64,000 bases of DNA from an uncultured Gammaproteobacteria bacterium (GTDB lineage: Bacteria > Pseudomonadota > Gammaproteobacteria > CAWCPV01). The position numbers and the translations under genes were made by a program. Below the pieces are notes generated by a model. That model saw only the letters and a program-made list of their open reading frames with translations. It was not told the DNA's origin and did not search any database. Below, piece after piece: positions 60,059-64,000 of the stretch. Positions within the stretch are counted from its first letter, which is position 1, and the number at the start of each line of letters is the position of its first letter. The stretch lies in NCBI GenBank assembly GCA_963797555.1, contig CAWCPV010000004.1:192001-256000 (forward strand). Reading direction: 5' to 3'.

Positions 60059-61561
60059 ATGACCGTTCCCACGTCACGCCTGCCCGCCGCGCTGTATACG
60101 GCGGCCGAGGTGCGGGAGATGGACCGGGTCACCATCCAGGAGATGGGCATCCCGGGCGCTGAGCTGATGGAGCGCGCGGGGCGTGCCGCGCTCGCCGCGT
60201 TGCGGGCGCGCTGGCCCGGCGCCAGACGCATCGCGGTCGCATGCGGCCCCGGCAACAATGGAGGGGACGGCTTTGTGCTGGCGCGCTTAGCGGGCGAGGC
60301 GGGGCTGCAGGCCGAGACTTGGCTGGTGGGCGAGGCGCAGCGTCTGCGCGGTGATGCGCTGGGCGCGGCAGAAGCCTGGCGCCGCTCCGGCGCCGCGATC
60401 CGGGAGTTCACCCCGGATTGTTTGCACGGCGCCGAGGTGGTGGTGGATGGCCTGTTGGGGACCGGGCTGGACCGAGAACTCGTCGGCTCCATGGCTGGTG
60501 CAGTGGACGCCATCAACCGAGCGCAGGGCGCGGTGCTGGCCATCGACTTGCCGAGCGGGCTGCACGCAGATAGCGGTCGGGTGCTGGGCACTGCGGTGCG
60601 TGCGGAGGTGACGGTCACGTTCATCGGATTGAAGAGGGGCCTATTCACCGGCGAGGGGCCGGCCGTGTGCGGCCACATCCTGTTCGACGACCTCCAGGTG
60701 CCTGCGGGTCTGTACGAACGCTTCACCGCCTCGGCGCAACGCCTGGATCTCGAGAGGCTGCGGGGCTTGCTTCTTCCTCGCAGGCGCACGGCGCACAAGG
60801 GGGACTTCGGGCACGTGCTGGTGGTCGGGGGCGATCGGGGAATGCCGGGTGCGCCGCGCATGGCGGGTGAGGCGGCGGCGCGAGTGGGCGCGGGATTGGT
60901 CACCGTGGCCACCCATCCGACCCACGCCGCCTTCCTCAACCTCGGGCGGCCGGAGCTGATGTGCCACGCGGTGGCCGACGCGCGAGGTCTGGACCCGTTG
61001 CTGGAGCGTGCCGACGTGGTGGCCTTGGGTCCCGGTCTCGGCCACGGCTCCTGGGGCGAGGCGCTCCTCGCCCGCGTCCTGGAGACGGATTTGCTCCTGG
61101 TGGTGGACGCCGATGCCCTGAACTTTCTGGCCCAGCGGCCTCAGAAACGCAGCCGCTGGGTGCTCACCCCCCACCCTGGCGAAGCCGGTCGGCTGTTGGG
61201 GTGCAGCACAGCGGAGGTGCAGGCGGACCGCTTCGCCGCAGTCCACGCGCTGCGAGCCCGCTACGGAGGAGTGTGCGTGCTGAAGGGGGCGGGGACCCTC
61301 GTGGCCGGCGACGAGGGGCCGGTGGCAGTGGGGACCGGAGGAAACCCGGGGATGGCCTCCGGCGGCATGGGAGACGTGCTGACCGGCGTCATCGCCGGGC
61401 TGTTGGCCCAACGGTTTCCCCCCAGCGATGCCGCGCAGCTCGGTGTCTGCGCGCATGCTGCAGCGGGAGACTTGGCGGCCCGCGGTGGCGAGCGCGGGAT
61501 GCTGGCGGGCGACCTCTTGGCCGCGCTGCGCTCGGTGGTCAATCCCTGGGTCGCCCGGTGA
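60059..61561 (+). CDS. nnr: NAD(P)H-hydrate epimerase/dehydratase
   Basis: LMERAG, GPGNNGGDG, HKGDFG, TPHPGEA, GGMGDVL. Confidence 0.95.
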   Translation: MTVPTSRLPAALYTAAEVREMDRVTIQEMGIPGAELMERAGRAALAALRARWPGARRIAVACGPGNNGGDGFVLARLAGEAGLQAETWLVGEAQRLRGDALGAAEAWRRSGAAIREFTPDCLHGAEVVVDGLLGTGLDRELVGSMAGAVDAINRAQGAVLAIDLPSGLHADSGRVLGTAVRAEVTVTFIGLKRGLFTGEGPAVCGHILFDDLQVPAGLYERFTASAQRLDLERLRGLLLPRRRTAHKGDFGHVLVVGGDRGMPGAPRMAGEAAARVGAGLVTVATHPTHAAFLNLGRPELMCHAVADARGLDPLLERADVVALGPGLGHGSWGEALLARVLETDLLLVVDADALNFLAQRPQKRSRWVLTPHPGEAGRLLGCSTAEVQADRFAAVHALRARYGGVCVLKGAGTLVAGDEGPVAVGTGGNPGMASGGMGDVLTGVIAGLLAQRFPPSDAAQLGVCAHAAAGDLAARGGERGMLAGDLLAALRSVVNPWVAR

Positions 61562-61620
61562 GCCGTGGACTGCGGGGCGGACAACGGGTCACGGCCGCGT
61601 GCCGTCAAGTGGCACCGGTG

Positions 61621-62088
61621 ATGGAAATGTCGCTGGCCGCCGAGGCGCAGACGGAGAGGCTGGGCGGGGCGCTGGCCATGGCCTGCTTGCCAGGGACGGT
61701 GATCCACCTCCGCGGCGACCTCGGGGCGGGGAAGACCACCCTGGCACGTGGGTTCCTGCGTGCGCTGGGATACAGCGGCGCGGTCAAGAGCCCCACTTAC
61801 ACGCTGGTCGAGAGCTACGCTCTGTCGGCGATGACCGTCTATCACCTCGACCTTTACCGGCTGAGCGTGCCCCGTGAGGTCGCGGACATCGGGGTGCGCG
61901 ACTACTTCGACGGACATGCGACCTGTCTCGTAGAGTGGCCGGAACGTGGCGGCGGCGAGCTGCCGGAGGCCGACGTGGAAGTGTCGTTGCGTTACCACGG
62001 CCAGGGGCGGCTCGCTCGGATCGCGGCGTTCTCCGAGAAGGGCAGATCGGTGACTCAGTCCTTCGCCGCAACCAACAATCAAGAGTAA
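61621..62088 (+). CDS. tsaE: tRNA t6A biosynthesis ATPase
   Basis: GDLGAGKTT, VKSPTYTLVE, HLDLYR, VEWPE. Confidence 0.95.
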   Translation: MEMSLAAEAQTERLGGALAMACLPGTVIHLRGDLGAGKTTLARGFLRALGYSGAVKSPTYTLVESYALSAMTVYHLDLYRLSVPREVADIGVRDYFDGHATCLVEWPERGGGELPEADVEVSLRYHGQGRLARIAAFSEKGRSVTQSFAATNNQE

Positions 62089-62220
62089 CTTTGATACCTA
62101 TCCTTCGAGAAAATCGGCAAAAATGGGCTTGAAAATCGCTCGAAAATGTTCAGACTATATTAGATAGCAAGGACTGGGGCACTTCCGCGCGACGGCAACC
62201 GGTTCGCCGAGCTACGTGGC

Positions 62221-63648
62221 GTGGCTGTCACGGATGCCGCGCGGGCGGCGGGCCCATTCTTAGGGGGACGGGTGCACAGAGAGGCGAAAGAAGGTCGGCT
62301 CAGCCAGCCGAGGCGACGCCTCCGCCCCGGCGCGCTGCTGTGTGCCGGAGGCTTGGCCGTCGCTGCGTGCGTCTGCCCCCCGTTACTGGCCTGGGCGACG
62401 GGACGCCATGTGGTGCAAGCAGTATCGGTGGCGTCCGTTGACGGCCACGCCCGCCTTGTGTTTGCCCTCAGCGGTCCTGCGCGGCACAGCCTGTTCGCTC
62501 TCGCACGGCCCGAGCGCTTGGTGATCGATCTCCCAGACACACGCCTCGGTGCTCCCCTACCACCCGGCGACCTGACGGGTACCCCTCTGCGCGGGTTGCG
62601 CAGCGGGTGGCGCAACGGCAGCGACCTGCGGATTGTGCTCGACCTGTCGCGCGCCGTCCTACCCTGGACCAGCCTGGTTCCCGGTCCGAGAACTGGCGGT
62701 TATGAATTGGTTGTCGACCTGCTGGAACGCAATGGCCAGGTTGTGGCTTCGGCCTCGCCCACACCTTCCAACGCGCCGCCACCCCGGCTCAGGGACGTGG
62801 TGGTGGTCATCGATCCCGGACACGGTGGCAAGGATCCCGGAGCCATCGGGCCGCGAGGGACGCAGGAAAAGGACGTGGTGCTGTCGATCGCCCGCAGGCT
62901 TGCGGCGATGGTGCAGGCACAGCGCGGAATGCGCGCCGTGCTGACTCGGCAAAAGGACGTCTATCTGCCGCTGCGCACGCGCATACGCAAGGCGCGGCAG
63001 TACCGGGCGGATCTTTTCGTCTCCATCCATGCGGATGCCGACCCGCAGAACGGAGCCAGCGGCGCGTCGGTGTTCGTGCTGTCCGAGCGCGGGGCAAGCA
63101 GTGAGGCGGCGCGGTGGCTGGCCGAGCGGGAGAACGCTGCGGACCTGATCGGCGGCGTCAGCCTGGACGACAAGGAGCCCATGCTGGCATCGGTCCTCCT
63201 CGACCTTTCTCAGACCGCTGCCATTGAGGCCAGCACCGACGCCGCTTCCAAGTGCCTGATGTCGCTGCACGCCATGGGCGCGTTGCACAAGGCCGAGGTG
63301 CAGTACGCTGGATTTGTCGTCCTGAAATCGCCTGATATCCCCTCGGTGCTCATCGAGACTGCATTCCTCACCAATCCGCATGAAGAGCTGAAGCTGCGGG
63401 ATGCTCGCTACCAGGCGCATCTGGCGGCGGCCATCGCCAACGGGATCCGAGCCTATTTCGCCAAGCGCGCGCCGGCCGGGACCTGGCTCGCGTCTCGGCA
63501 GCATGTGATCACACCGGGCGAGACCCTGGGTACTATCGCCAAGCATTACAACATCAGCGTGGACCGCCTGCGCCTAGCCAACGGGCTAGCTACCGACCGA
63601 GTACACGTCGGCGAGGTGCTACACATCCCCTCTAGTGAGGACGGTTGA
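62221..63648 (+). CDS. amiB: N-acetylmuramoyl-L-alanine amidase (AMIN-amidase-LysM); start uncertain
   Basis: IDPGHGGKDPGA, FVSIHAD, VLIETAF, C-terminal LysM. Confidence 0.9.
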   Translation: MAVTDAARAAGPFLGGRVHREAKEGRLSQPRRRLRPGALLCAGGLAVAACVCPPLLAWATGRHVVQAVSVASVDGHARLVFALSGPARHSLFALARPERLVIDLPDTRLGAPLPPGDLTGTPLRGLRSGWRNGSDLRIVLDLSRAVLPWTSLVPGPRTGGYELVVDLLERNGQVVASASPTPSNAPPPRLRDVVVVIDPGHGGKDPGAIGPRGTQEKDVVLSIARRLAAMVQAQRGMRAVLTRQKDVYLPLRTRIRKARQYRADLFVSIHADADPQNGASGASVFVLSERGASSEAARWLAERENAADLIGGVSLDDKEPMLASVLLDLSQTAAIEASTDAASKCLMSLHAMGALHKAEVQYAGFVVLKSPDIPSVLIETAFLTNPHEELKLRDARYQAHLAAAIANGIRAYFAKRAPAGTWLASRQHVITPGETLGTIAKHYNISVDRLRLANGLATDRVHVGEVLHIPSSEDG

Positions 63649-63666
63649 GCGCCCATCCCTGCCTCT

Positions 63667-63805
63667 GAGGGGGTGAAGAAATCGTCGCCAGCGGCCCGAG
63701 GGCGCGGCGCACGGAGCCAGCGGCGAGAAATGTCAAGCGGACGGGCGGGAACGGGCACCGCGCAACGCTGCTATCGGGACGCGCAGCAGATTCATTGGCA
63801 GGCTC
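63667..63805. mobile_element. MITE copy 4 (short form, 139 bp), TCT target duplication
   Basis: Homologous to the reverse complement of 8040-8180; TCT at 63664-63666 and 63806-63808. Confidence 0.87.
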
Positions 63806-63842
63806 TCTGTCCTTCCTCTCGGCGGCTGGCTATGATCGGCCA

Positions 63843-64000
63843 GTGCGCATTCACACGCTGAGTCCCGAGCTGGCCAGTCAGATCGCCGCGGGGGAGGTCG
63901 TCGAACGACCTGCCTCGGTGGTCAAGGAGCTGATCGAGAACAGCATCGATGCCCAGGCCAGGCGTATCGAGATCGAGGTCGAGGACGGCGGCAAGCGGCT
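63843..64000 (+). CDS. mutL: DNA mismatch repair protein MutL, 5' end
   Basis: [35 protein letters not shown]. Confidence 0.95.
   Translation, partial: MRIHTLSPELASQIAAGEVVERPASVVKELIENSIDAQARRIEIEVEDGGKR

Noticed and set aside
56538-60939. Long antisense or extended ORFs over prkA and nnr/queG
   Set aside because: Antisense open frames caused by GC-rich codon bias; queG most plausibly starts near 60006

Overview
GC-rich gammaproteobacterial chromosome segment. Housekeeping backbone: pilX-pilY1-pilE, hemL, glcF-like, coq7, speD, TPP riboswitch-thiC, pcm-tolC, rsmI/lpoA-yraN-gmhA-dolP, sspAB, petABC, usp-TauE-TIGR02186, prkA-yeaH-spoVR, queG, nnr-tsaE-amiB-mutL. From about 32.0 to 53.9 kb there is a defence island. 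It contains an uncharacterised WYL + J-domain(HPD) coiled-coil + HIRAN module, a cluster of partly decayed toxin-antitoxin genes, a type I-G (I-U) CRISPR-Cas operon (cas3-csx17-csb1-csb2, an inserted brnTA, a heavily frameshifted cas4/1, cas2), a 73-repeat array, and an internally deleted IS110-like element. A palindromic MITE family with 3-bp target duplications occurs four times in short and long forms; one copy disrupts a vapC toxin exactly. Scattered single-base indels (pilY1, thiC, petC, and especially cas4/1) suggest imperfect assembly polishing, so single frameshifts should be treated with caution. All family assignments come from recognising motifs by eye; no database searches were run.
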